A stretch of DNA of 49,599 nucleotides, from contig PCCU01000017.1 of assembly GCA_002732015.1 (NCBI GenBank), positions 8,350-57,948 on the forward strand, given 5' to 3'. Positions 9,415 through 17,705 of the stretch are shown here, in pieces (within the stretch, counting starts at the first letter, position 1; the number at the start of each line of letters is the position of its first letter). Made by a program: the position numbers and the translations under genes. The notes under the pieces were generated by a model, which saw only the letters and a list, made by a program, of their open reading frames with translations, searched no databases and had not been told where the DNA came from. Origin of the DNA: Candidatus Pelagibacterales bacterium (GTDB lineage: Bacteria; Pseudomonadota; Alphaproteobacteria; TMED109).

Positions 9415-11487
9415 ATGCAAAATTCTTCCATAGATATATTATTTGAGAAATTAAGCCTTCTTAATAGTAATGATAAAAATAACTCTTTGTTTGAAAGCCA
9501 TATAGGTCCTCAAATACTTGATTTACTTTTTTTTAAGCCTAAAAAGATTTTATCTGCCAAGGTTTATAATAATTTAGAAAAAATTGAGTATATGAAGAAT
9601 ATTATTATTAAAGTAAAAGTAATAAAGCATTACCAAAATTATTTTAATAGAAAAGTTCCTTATAAAATATCGGTTTTATTTAATAATAGAAAAATATCAT
9701 TAATTTTTTTTTCAAAATTTACTGGTTATTTAAAAAAAATATACCCTTTAGAGGAAGAAATTTTTATTAAAGGTAAATTAGAGCTTTATAATAATAATTT
9801 GCAAATATCACACCCTGAAATAATTGATAAAAAAATTATTAATAATAAAGATAGTCTTCATCAGGTGGTATATAAGCAAAAAAAAATACTAAAAAGTGAA
9901 ACTATACACTCATTAATATTAAAAGCCTGCTCTTCATTACCAGAAATGGAAGAATGGAATGTAAGTTTAATAAAAAAGTATAAAAATATACCCAGCTTTA
10001 AACAAAGCATTCTAAACATTCATAATCCTAAAGAAGAAGGTTGTTTATTAGAAGCATCTCCATTCATAACTAGATTAGCTTATGATGAAATATTTGCTTA
10101 TCAATTGTCCTTAGCAATACTTAGAAATAATTTAAAGAAACTAGATAGTAACAATTTTTCTAAAACCCCTTCAACAATCTTAGAGTATATGAAAAACACT
10201 TTACCCTTTCAGCTTACTAAAGATCAGGAAAGTTGTACTTTAGAGGTTATAGAAGATATAAAGTCTAAAAAAAGAACTCTTAGATTATTACATGGAGATG
10301 TAGGTTCAGGAAAAACCGTTGTAGCCATGATTGCAGCTTTTTATGTTATTAAGTCTGGTTATCAAGTTGCATTATTGGCCCCTACAGAGCTATTAGCAAA
10401 ACAGCATTACAATTTTTTTAATGAAATGTTTAAAAAAGAAAATATTAGGTCTGAAATATTATTAGCCTCATCAGAGAATAAAAAAGAAATTAAAGAAAAA
10501 TTAGTAAATAATGATATAGAATTATTAATAGGCACTCATTCTCTTTTGCAAGCTGATGTAAAATTTAAATATCTATCTTTTGTTATAATAGATGAACAAC
10601 ATAGATTTGGAGTTAGTCAAAGATTAAAAATTAGAGAAAAAGGAAAGAAAGTAGATACTTTACTTCTTACAGCTACTCCAATTCCAAGAACTATGATGTT
10701 GACTATGCTTGGTGATATTTCTGTTAGTACAATCAAAAAAAAGCCATTCAATACAAAAATAAATACAATTTTAAAAAATGAGAAAAATTTGAGCGAAGTA
10801 GTATCATTTGTAAGAAATAAAATATTATCCAATCAAAAAGTATTTTGGGTTTGCCCTAAAATTGAGGATGAAAAATCAGATAATAAATCTAATGTTGAAC
10901 AAAGATTTTCCTACCTTAAAAAATTTTTCAATAAAATTTCAGTATTACATGGAAAAATGAAATCTGTAGAAAAAGCAAAAGTAATGGAAAACTTTAGAAA
11001 AGGAAATACAAAGTTGTTAGTATCCACTGTTGTAATAGAAGTGGGGATAGATGTTCCTGATGCTAATATAATTGTAATAGATAATGCTGATAGATTTGGT
11101 TTAGCTCAAATACATCAGCTTAGAGGAAGAGTTGGCAGAGGGTCAGATGAAGGAGTTTGTATTTTATTATATAATGACCAACTTTCAGAAACAGCTTTAC
11201 AAAGACTATCAATAATGAAGAAATCTCAAGACGGTTTTGAAATTGCTGAAAGAGACTTAGAACTAAGAGGAAGTGGAGAAATAATGGGTACTAAACAGTA
11301 TGGAGCAGAAGAGTTTAAATTTTTTGATTATCAATTTCATATACAGTTAGCTAAACTGGCAATAGATGAGGCAGAATACATAATTAAAACAAATCCTAAA
11401 TTAGAATATGAGAGAGGAAAAAAATTAAAAACACTTTTAAAAATATTTAGAAAGGATGATGCTACTGATTTACTTTCCGCAGGCTAG
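9415..11487 (+). CDS. recG: ATP-dependent DNA helicase RecG
   Basis: GDVGSGKT, DEQHRFG, TATPIPRT, QLRGRVGRG, DLELRGSGE. Start moved from 9343 to ATG 9415 to avoid overlap with sdhE. Confidence 0.95.
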   Translation: MQNSSIDILFEKLSLLNSNDKNNSLFESHIGPQILDLLFFKPKKILSAKVYNNLEKIEYMKNIIIKVKVIKHYQNYFNRKVPYKISVLFNNRKISLIFFSKFTGYLKKIYPLEEEIFIKGKLELYNNNLQISHPEIIDKKIINNKDSLHQVVYKQKKILKSETIHSLILKACSSLPEMEEWNVSLIKKYKNIPSFKQSILNIHNPKEEGCLLEASPFITRLAYDEIFAYQLSLAILRNNLKKLDSNNFSKTPSTILEYMKNTLPFQLTKDQESCTLEVIEDIKSKKRTLRLLHGDVGSGKTVVAMIAAFYVIKSGYQVALLAPTELLAKQHYNFFNEMFKKENIRSEILLASSENKKEIKEKLVNNDIELLIGTHSLLQADVKFKYLSFVIIDEQHRFGVSQRLKIREKGKKVDTLLLTATPIPRTMMLTMLGDISVSTIKKKPFNTKINTILKNEKNLSEVVSFVRNKILSNQKVFWVCPKIEDEKSDNKSNVEQRFSYLKKFFNKISVLHGKMKSVEKAKVMENFRKGNTKLLVSTVVIEVGIDVPDANIIVIDNADRFGLAQIHQLRGRVGRGSDEGVCILLYNDQLSETALQRLSIMKKSQDGFEIAERDLELRGSGEIMGTKQYGAEEFKFFDYQFHIQLAKLAIDEAEYIIKTNPKLEYERGKKLKTLLKIFRKDDATDLLSAG

Positions 11488-12151
11488 ATTTTTTTTTAAT
11501 TTTATTTTTTACATCAGGTGTAATGATTCCACCAGATATAACAAGTTTCATGCCTTGCTCAATATTCATATTTAATTTTATTAAATCATTTTCAGGCACT
11601 ACTAATAAAAATCCAGAGGTAGGATTTGGTGTTGTAGGTAAAAATACATTTACATGCTTCCTTTTTAGTTTAATTGCTATTTCTCCTGAGGTTTCCGCAG
11701 TAATAAATGCAACTGCCCATATACCTTTTCTTGGATATTGAATTAATGCTACTTCTCTAAAGGCTTTAGAAGAAGATCCTAAGACTGTTTGGAATACTTG
11801 TTTTAAAGCATTATAAATGCTTCTGAAAACAGGTAATCTATTTATAATTTTTTCACCTAAATTTACAAAAAACTTTCCAAAAAAACTTGCTGTAAAAAAA
11901 CCTATTAATATTAGTGAAAAAATAGCTATTATTAAACCAGTTCCAGGTATATCAAAGGGTAAATAATTATCAGGGTTATATGTTGACGGAACAAGATTCT
12001 TAACATTTCTATCTATAAAATTAATAAATATAATAGATATATATATAGTTATACCTATAGGTGCTGTAACTGCAATTCCCGTAAGAAAATAAGTCCTACA
12101 TCTTTGAAAAAAGTTTTTTGTTTCAGTTTGTCTAATTTTTGTTATCTTCAT
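11462..12151 (-). CDS. DUF502 family membrane protein
   Basis: FLTGIAVTAPIGIT, YPRKGIW, VFLPTTPNPTSGFL, KLVISGG. Confidence 0.88.
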   Translation of the reverse strand: MKITKIRQTETKNFFQRCRTYFLTGIAVTAPIGITIYISIIFINFIDRNVKNLVPSTYNPDNYLPFDIPGTGLIIAIFSLILIGFFTASFFGKFFVNLGEKIINRLPVFRSIYNALKQVFQTVLGSSSKAFREVALIQYPRKGIWAVAFITAETSGEIAIKLKRKHVNVFLPTTPNPTSGFLLVVPENDLIKLNMNIEQGMKLVISGGIITPDVKNKIKKKSSLRKVNQ

Positions 12152-12185
12152 ATTGTTTAAAAAGTATTATAAAATTATATTAATT

Positions 12186-13094
12186 ATGTCAAAGTCTTCT
12201 TATATTGTCTTATCACTTTATAAATTTTTTGAAATAAAAAAAATTTTTAATTTTAAAAATAATATTAACAAAATATTTAGTGGTATTGATGTTAAAGGAA
12301 TTATATTAATTGCACCTGAGGGAATTAATATAAATATTTCCATCAAAGAAGCAGCATATGAAGCAATAGAAAAAAAGTTAAAAAAAATTTTTAATTATCA
12401 AGATGAAGATATTAAAAAAAATAAAGAAGAAAAACATATTTTTAGAAAATTTAAAATAAAAATTAAAAAAGAAATTCTTACAACAAGAAATGTTAAGGAT
12501 ACAAACCCCCTAAACCAAGTGGGTAAATATATAGAAGCAGATAAATGGAATAGCTTTATTAGTGATACTAATACTCTATTAATTGATATGCGGAACAACT
12601 ACGAAGTTGAAATAGGAACGTTTAATCAAGCAATTAATCCTAAATGTGAAAATTTTACAGAATTACTTAATTGGTTAAAGAATGATTTTATGAATATTAA
12701 AAACCTAGATAATAAAAAAATTGCAATGTTTTGTACTGGGGGTATTCGATGTGAAAAAGCTACTTCTTTTTTATTAAATTTGGGAAAAAAAAATGTTTAC
12801 CATTTGAAAGGTGGAATATTAAAATATTTAGAAAAACAAAACAACAATAGTAATAATAAAAACCTATGGAAAGGTGAATGTTTTGTATTTGATAATAGAG
12901 TAAGTTTAGATACTAATTTAAAAAAAGGATCGTATTCACTATGTCATGCTTGCAGAATGCCATTAACAAATGCTGACAAAAATCGTGAAGAGTATATAGA
13001 AGGTGAGGCTTGTCACTTATGTTACTCCATAAAAACAGAAGAACAAAGGAAAAGATATAGAATGAGGAATAATCAAATAAAACTAAGAAATTAA
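12186..13094 (+). CDS. trhO: tRNA U34 hydroxylase TrhO (YceA/UPF0176 rhodanese family)
   Basis: APEGIN, DMRNNYEVEIGTF, FCTGGIRCEKA, GECFVFDNRV, C-terminal CHAC...CHLC. ATG at 12186 preferred over TTG at 12153. Confidence 0.9.
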   Translation: MSKSSYIVLSLYKFFEIKKIFNFKNNINKIFSGIDVKGIILIAPEGININISIKEAAYEAIEKKLKKIFNYQDEDIKKNKEEKHIFRKFKIKIKKEILTTRNVKDTNPLNQVGKYIEADKWNSFISDTNTLLIDMRNNYEVEIGTFNQAINPKCENFTELLNWLKNDFMNIKNLDNKKIAMFCTGGIRCEKATSFLLNLGKKNVYHLKGGILKYLEKQNNNSNNKNLWKGECFVFDNRVSLDTNLKKGSYSLCHACRMPLTNADKNREEYIEGEACHLCYSIKTEEQRKRYRMRNNQIKLRN

Positions 13095-13095
13095 T

Positions 13096-13782
13096 ATGAA
13101 TAATAATTATAGCAATATACCAATACTTTACTCTTTTAGACGATGTCCTTTTGCTATGCGAGCAAGAGCTGCCTTATATTTTAGCAATATTAAAGTAATA
13201 TTAAGAGAAGTAGTGCTTAGAAATAAACCAGAAGAAATGCTTCAGGTATCTAAAAAAGCAACAGTTCCTGTGCTAGTTTTAAAGGATTGCGTAATAGATG
13301 AAAGTCTCGAAATTATAATTTGGGCGCTAAAAATCAGTGATAAACTTAACCTTCTTCATCCATATTACAGTGAAAAAGAAAAAGTTTTAAAATTGATATC
13401 TCTTATAGATAGTCAGTTTAAGTATCATTTAGACAGATATAAATATAGTGTAAGATATGAAAGTAGTAAAAACTTTGAAGGAAAACTTGTACATAGAAAT
13501 AAAGCAGCTAATTTTTTAGTTGAAATAGAGAGCATATTAAAAAAAAATAAAACCTTATACTTATACAATAATAAACTAAGTATTGTTGATTTGTGTTTAT
13601 TTCCATTGATTAGGCAATTTAAAATTGCTGATGAAAAATGGTTTGATAGCAACTCAAACTTTTATTTTATTCATAAATGGCTTGCTAATATTTTAGAATT
13701 AGACTTTTTTAATATTATCATGAAAAAATATAAACCCTGGAGTGCAACTAGTTCTCCAGAATTTTTTGCTAATAATTTATAA
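13096..13782 (+). CDS. Glutathione S-transferase family protein
   Basis: LYSFRRCPFAMRAR, KATVPVL, DESLEI, FKYHLDRYKY, FPLIRQF. Confidence 0.88.
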   Translation: MNNNYSNIPILYSFRRCPFAMRARAALYFSNIKVILREVVLRNKPEEMLQVSKKATVPVLVLKDCVIDESLEIIIWALKISDKLNLLHPYYSEKEKVLKLISLIDSQFKYHLDRYKYSVRYESSKNFEGKLVHRNKAANFLVEIESILKKNKTLYLYNNKLSIVDLCLFPLIRQFKIADEKWFDSNSNFYFIHKWLANILELDFFNIIMKKYKPWSATSSPEFFANNL

Positions 13783-13803
13783 ACTAAATATTTTAATAAT
13801 TAA

Positions 13804-14661
13804 ATGAAAAATTATATATTGAAAATTAATTGCAAAGATAAAGCTGGAATTATATCAGCAGTATCAAATTTTTTGTTTAAAAATGGATTTAATATATTAG
13901 AGAGCTCTCAATTTAGAGACATAAAAAATAATAATTTTTTTATGAGAGTAAAATTTGAAAATATGAAGAATAAAAAAAATAATGATATTAAGAATATTGA
14001 AAAAAACTTTTTAAATGTTGCTAATAAATTTAAAATGAACTTTTCTTTTTATGATTTATCAAAAAAACAAAATATTTTAATTATGGTTTCAAAGTTTGGA
14101 CACTGTTTAAATAATATTTTATATCAATGGAAAACTAATAATCTTAATGTGAATATTCCCTGTATAGTTTCAAATCATAAAAATATGCAAGAAATAGTAG
14201 AACATTATGGGATTACTTATCAGCATATTCCTGTAAATAAGAAAAATAAAAATATTCAAGAAAAAGAGTTACTTTTGCTTATAAAAAAATATAAAGTTGA
14301 TTTGGTAGTGTTAGCTAGATATATGCAAGTTTTATCTCCTGATTTGTGTAAAAAACTTAAAGGAAAAATAATTAATATACATCATTCTTTTCTTCCTAGT
14401 TTTAAAGGAGCTCGGCCATATCATCAAGCATATATCAAGGGAGTTAAAATAATAGGAGCAACAGCTCATTATGTTACAGATGAATTAGATGAAGGACAGA
14501 TAATAGAACAAGATGTAGGAAGGGTTAATCATACAAAGAGCTTAGAGGATTTTGTTTCTATGGGTAGAGATATAGAAAATGTAGTCTTAATGAGAGCCAT
14601 TAAGTGGCATATAGAACATCGTATTATAATTAACAAAAATAGTACGATTGTGTTTAATTAA
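13804..14661 (+). CDS. purU: Formyltetrahydrofolate deformylase
   Basis: N-terminal ACT domain (CKDKAGII), LARYMQVLS, INIHHSFLPSFKGARPY, GATAHYVT. Confidence 0.95.
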   Translation: MKNYILKINCKDKAGIISAVSNFLFKNGFNILESSQFRDIKNNNFFMRVKFENMKNKKNNDIKNIEKNFLNVANKFKMNFSFYDLSKKQNILIMVSKFGHCLNNILYQWKTNNLNVNIPCIVSNHKNMQEIVEHYGITYQHIPVNKKNKNIQEKELLLLIKKYKVDLVVLARYMQVLSPDLCKKLKGKIINIHHSFLPSFKGARPYHQAYIKGVKIIGATAHYVTDELDEGQIIEQDVGRVNHTKSLEDFVSMGRDIENVVLMRAIKWHIEHRIIINKNSTIVFN

Positions 14662-14679
14662 GAAACAGTCTATTAAAAA

Positions 14680-14940
14680 CTAATTATCTTTTTCTTCTCT
14701 AGCTTCATCTTTAGCCTCAGCAGGGGCCTCTTGAAGTATTTTAATGTTAGCAGCTGCGCTTTTACCATTCTCTTGTTCTTGGATATCGTATTCGACGATT
14801 TGTCCTTTTTCAAGTCTTTTTACTTCTGATTCTTTAACTGCAGATATGTGAACAAAAATATCACTGTCCTCTTTGCCTTCTTGAGAAAGAAAACCATATC
14901 CCTTTTTATAATTGAACCATCTAACTTCACCTTTAGCCAT
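14680..14940 (-). CDS. cspA: Cold-shock domain protein with acidic C-terminal tail
   Basis: MAKGEVRWFNYKKGYGFL (RNP1), DIFVHISA (RNP2); ATG at 14940. Confidence 0.88.
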   Translation of the reverse strand: MAKGEVRWFNYKKGYGFLSQEGKEDSDIFVHISAVKESEVKRLEKGQIVEYDIQEQENGKSAAANIKILQEAPAEAKDEAREEKDN

Positions 14941-15019
14941 TTTTATCACACTTTCTATTCAGACCAAGACGGGAATCTAAATTTATTATCTAATTACCAA
15001 TATACGTCTCTAGAACTGC

Positions 15020-15048
15020 AAGATACTAAAAAAAAAAAATAAGATCAA
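15020..15048 (-). promoter_or_regulatory. Putative sigma70 promoter of the cold-shock gene
   Basis: Minus strand TTGATC-N17-TATCTT; spacer contains a T12 run. Confidence 0.5.
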
Positions 15049-15058
15049 CTAAATTTAA

Positions 15059-15098
15059 CAAAATTAAACCCCTATATCCATGAGCAGGATATAAGGGT
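15059..15098 (-). terminator. Rho-independent terminator of the cyclase gene
   Basis: Minus strand ACCCTTATATCC-TGCTCAT-GGATATAGGGGT (12-bp stem, one G-U) then TTAATTTT, 12 nt after the stop codon. Confidence 0.7.
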
Positions 15099-15110
15099 AT
15101 TTGCAAATCA

Positions 15111-16082
15111 TTACCAAATAGCGACAGGGTTAATAATCATTTGAACTGTGCCTTCTACTCTTGCTTGACCTAGAACAAACATAAATTCTTTTACCCCCTC
15201 TTTTACTAGTCTTCCTGTATTCATAGTTTCCAATAAATACACACCATTATTTTGAAGAGCAGTTACATGCCCATAAAATACTTTGTCTCCTTTAGAAGGA
15301 GGAACATTATCTACCCCCCAAGTATCTGACCCGACTGCCATTGGGTTAAATGTCATTAAGTATTCCATGGCTGCATTATCTGTGCCTGGCTCACCTGATA
15401 CCCATGCTTTGGGGTCTGACTCAAGTTTTGCGTCAGTCCACCCTGTATAAAAAAATACAATATCTCCCTCATTTATAATAATATCTTGGGACTTCATTGC
15501 ACTTTTAATATCATCAGGAGTAATTGCCTGTCCTGCCTCCATATGAGTTACTCCAAAATGTTTTGTCATATCTAAAATAACTGCTCGGGCAATCATAGGC
15601 GGAATTTTATCAACTCCCATTTTTGTTAGACCTGTTATTTTAATAACATCACCTGCTTTATTACAGTTATAAAGCATATCATTTTCACCTAAATGGCCTA
15701 AGCCATCTATTTGAGATCCAATTCCTACCCAAGTATTTAAAATATCATCTGCATATGTCATATGATATCCTAAAGCTCCCTTAAGATTTGCTCCAGTATT
15801 TTGATTAGGAGCCATTACTGTCAATGACAGAGTTCTAGGAGGAAAAGCTGGTGTCTTACTATTAATTGTTATGCCTAATGGATGCGACTTTCCCTGCTTA
15901 ATCAAATTTGCAGCTAATTTAGTTCTTTTTTCGTTAATATAATTTGCCGCTCCTAATTCGTCTTCAGCTCCCCATTTAGAAGGTTTACAATTCTTATGCC
16001 CATCAGCTAATAAAGCATAGGTTATTGTAAATGAAAGCATTAAAGAAAAAGAAACAAACAAAAGTTTATTTAAAGTATTCAT
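15111..16082 (-). CDS. Cyclase-family (kynurenine formamidase-like) metal hydrolase with signal peptide
   Basis: SKWGAEDELGAAN, GSQIDGLGH, GDIVFFYTGW, GSDTWGVD, YLLETMN, INPVAI; hydrophobic N-terminus; GGAG RBS. Confidence 0.85.
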   Translation of the reverse strand: MNTLNKLLFVSFSLMLSFTITYALLADGHKNCKPSKWGAEDELGAANYINEKRTKLAANLIKQGKSHPLGITINSKTPAFPPRTLSLTVMAPNQNTGANLKGALGYHMTYADDILNTWVGIGSQIDGLGHLGENDMLYNCNKAGDVIKITGLTKMGVDKIPPMIARAVILDMTKHFGVTHMEAGQAITPDDIKSAMKSQDIIINEGDIVFFYTGWTDAKLESDPKAWVSGEPGTDNAAMEYLMTFNPMAVGSDTWGVDNVPPSKGDKVFYGHVTALQNNGVYLLETMNTGRLVKEGVKEFMFVLGQARVEGTVQMIINPVAIW

Positions 16083-16166
16083 ATTACTTCTCCCAAATTA
16101 AACTTTATTTTATAACTTATATAGGCTTACTTCAAGATAATACTTTTGCTAATTGATTTTTTTATT

Positions 16167-16252
16167 TGGTGCGGTCGAGAGGACTTGAACCTCCAAGGAG
16201 TTTCCTCCACAACGACCTCAACGTTGCGCGTATACCATTCCGCCACGACCGC
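16167..16252 (-). tRNA. tRNA-Leu(GAG)
   Basis: GCGGTCG acceptor stem, anticodon arm CAACG-TTGAGGT-CGTTG, long variable arm, GGTTCAAGTCC, encoded CCA. Confidence 0.96.
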
Positions 16253-16253
16253 A

Positions 16254-16880
16254 TTAATTTATAATATTATTTTTTATCATAGTTTCAGCTATTTTTAAAT
16301 CATCGTAGTTATTAATATTATAAAACGGGTCATATTTTTCTATATTCCAGTTTACATAAGACTTGTCTAATTCTTTTGTAAATAAGTCAATTTTTCTAAT
16401 ATTATTTTGAATACAATATTCTAATTTTTTAATTACAGAAATTCTCCACATTGCTATTGTAGGATGGTGCCTATCTCCGGAACAAGCAATTATAACATCG
16501 TCCGCTGTAGATTGGATTTTATTTTTAAACTTTAGTATCAAATCTAAAGGTAAAAATGGTGTATCTACTGGAACAGTAACAACCAATTGAGAATTTTTCT
16601 GACTATTTTCAATACAATGAGAAATAGCTGCATGAATTCCAGCTAAAGGACCTATATGATTCTTAAATTTATCAAATACTAATGCATACTTTTTATTTAC
16701 ATCCAAGTTATTGTCATGGAAGTTTACTGCTATTTGATTTGTTTGAACTGACATTCTTATAAAAACATGCTCCAGAAGAGTTTTGCTTAGTAACTGCTGA
16801 GAATATTTACCTTTTCCATCTAATCTACTTCCTTTTCCTCCTGCTAAAATTACACATTGTATATGTTCATTTTTAGTCAT
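16254..16880 (-). CDS. mobA: Molybdenum/tungsten cofactor guanylyltransferase
   Basis: VILAGGKGSRL, GPLAGIHA, VPVDTPFLP, DPFYNINNYDDL. Confidence 0.92.
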   Translation of the reverse strand: MTKNEHIQCVILAGGKGSRLDGKGKYSQQLLSKTLLEHVFIRMSVQTNQIAVNFHDNNLDVNKKYALVFDKFKNHIGPLAGIHAAISHCIENSQKNSQLVVTVPVDTPFLPLDLILKFKNKIQSTADDVIIACSGDRHHPTIAMWRISVIKKLEYCIQNNIRKIDLFTKELDKSYVNWNIEKYDPFYNINNYDDLKIAETMIKNNIIN

Positions 16881-16882
16881 AT

Positions 16883-17686
16883 TTACTTTCTTACTCTTTC
16901 ATTACCCGATAAAACAGTAAATGTTCTTCCACGAAGTCTTCCTATCATGGTAATATTTGATTTTCGAGCTAGGTCTACTCCCCATGCAGTAAATCCTGAC
17001 CTAGATGCTATTATAGGAAGTTTCATCATTACAGCTTTTATAACCATTTCACTAGTCAGTCTTCCTGTAGTATAAAGAATTTTATCGTGAGGTAATACTT
17101 TTTCCTTAATCATAAATCCTGCTAATTTATCAATAGCATTGTGCCTACCTACATCTTCAAAGAATGCTAAAGGCTCTTCAATTGTACATAACAAACAACC
17201 ATGAATTGCCCCCGATTTAAGATACAAAGAAGGTAATAAGTTAATTTTTTTATAAAGATTAAAAATTTGTTTTGCTGTTATTACGGAAGAATTTAATATT
17301 TTGTATTTCTCAAAGTTTTCTAGCAAATTTCCAAAAATAGTTCCATTTGCACAGCCTGAAGTTTTTATTTTATTTTTTTCTTGAACTTCAAAGTTTGTTT
17401 TAGTTTTTGTTCTTACTACAACTGTTTCAATATCATTATAATATTCAACAATAGGAATATCATCACTATTTATATTTAGGATATTTTGATTGGCTAAAAA
17501 TCCTATTGCTAAATACTCTGGATAATCTCCAATTGTCATAGCTGTTACTATATGAGTATCGTTTAGATATATTGAAATAGGTTTTTCTTCTATAGCAAAT
17601 GTTTCAGAAGCATTGCCAGTTTCATCAAATACACTTATCTTTTTTACTAATGAGGAATTATTAATATCTGGTTTTATTTTCTTAAT
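16883..17686 (-). CDS. fdhD: Formate dehydrogenase accessory sulfurtransferase FdhD (start extended to putative ATT at 17686; ORF-track ATG at 17539)
   Basis: TSGCANG, GAIHGC, EDVGRHNAIDK, TTGRLTSEMVIK. Frame is open 49 codons upstream of the ATG and encodes the FdhD-type EEKPISIYLN...VTAMT segment. Start position is uncertain. Confidence 0.88.
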   Translation of the reverse strand: MKKIKPDINNSSLVKKISVFDETGNASETFAIEEKPISIYLNDTHIVTAMTIGDYPEYLAIGFLANQNILNINSDDIPIVEYYNDIETVVVRTKTKTNFEVQEKNKIKTSGCANGTIFGNLLENFEKYKILNSSVITAKQIFNLYKKINLLPSLYLKSGAIHGCLLCTIEEPLAFFEDVGRHNAIDKLAGFMIKEKVLPHDKILYTTGRLTSEMVIKAVMMKLPIIASRSGFTAWGVDLARKSNITMIGRLRGRTFTVLSGNERVRK

Positions 17687-17699
17687 AATTCCTCACTAA
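17647..17699. repeat. Inverted repeat: 14-bp perfect core, about 18 bp with G-U pairs on the minus-strand RNA
   Basis: TGAGGAATTATTAA (17651-17664) and TTAATAATTCCTCA (17682-17695), 17-nt loop. Confidence 0.9.
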
Positions 17700-17705
17700 A
17701 AAGTA

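Noticed and set aside
17693-17698. Sec or readthrough at the TGA preceding the fdhD hairpin
   Set aside because: The TGA is directly preceded by an in-frame TAG and is not in frame with the OFA gene, so there is nothing to read through from.
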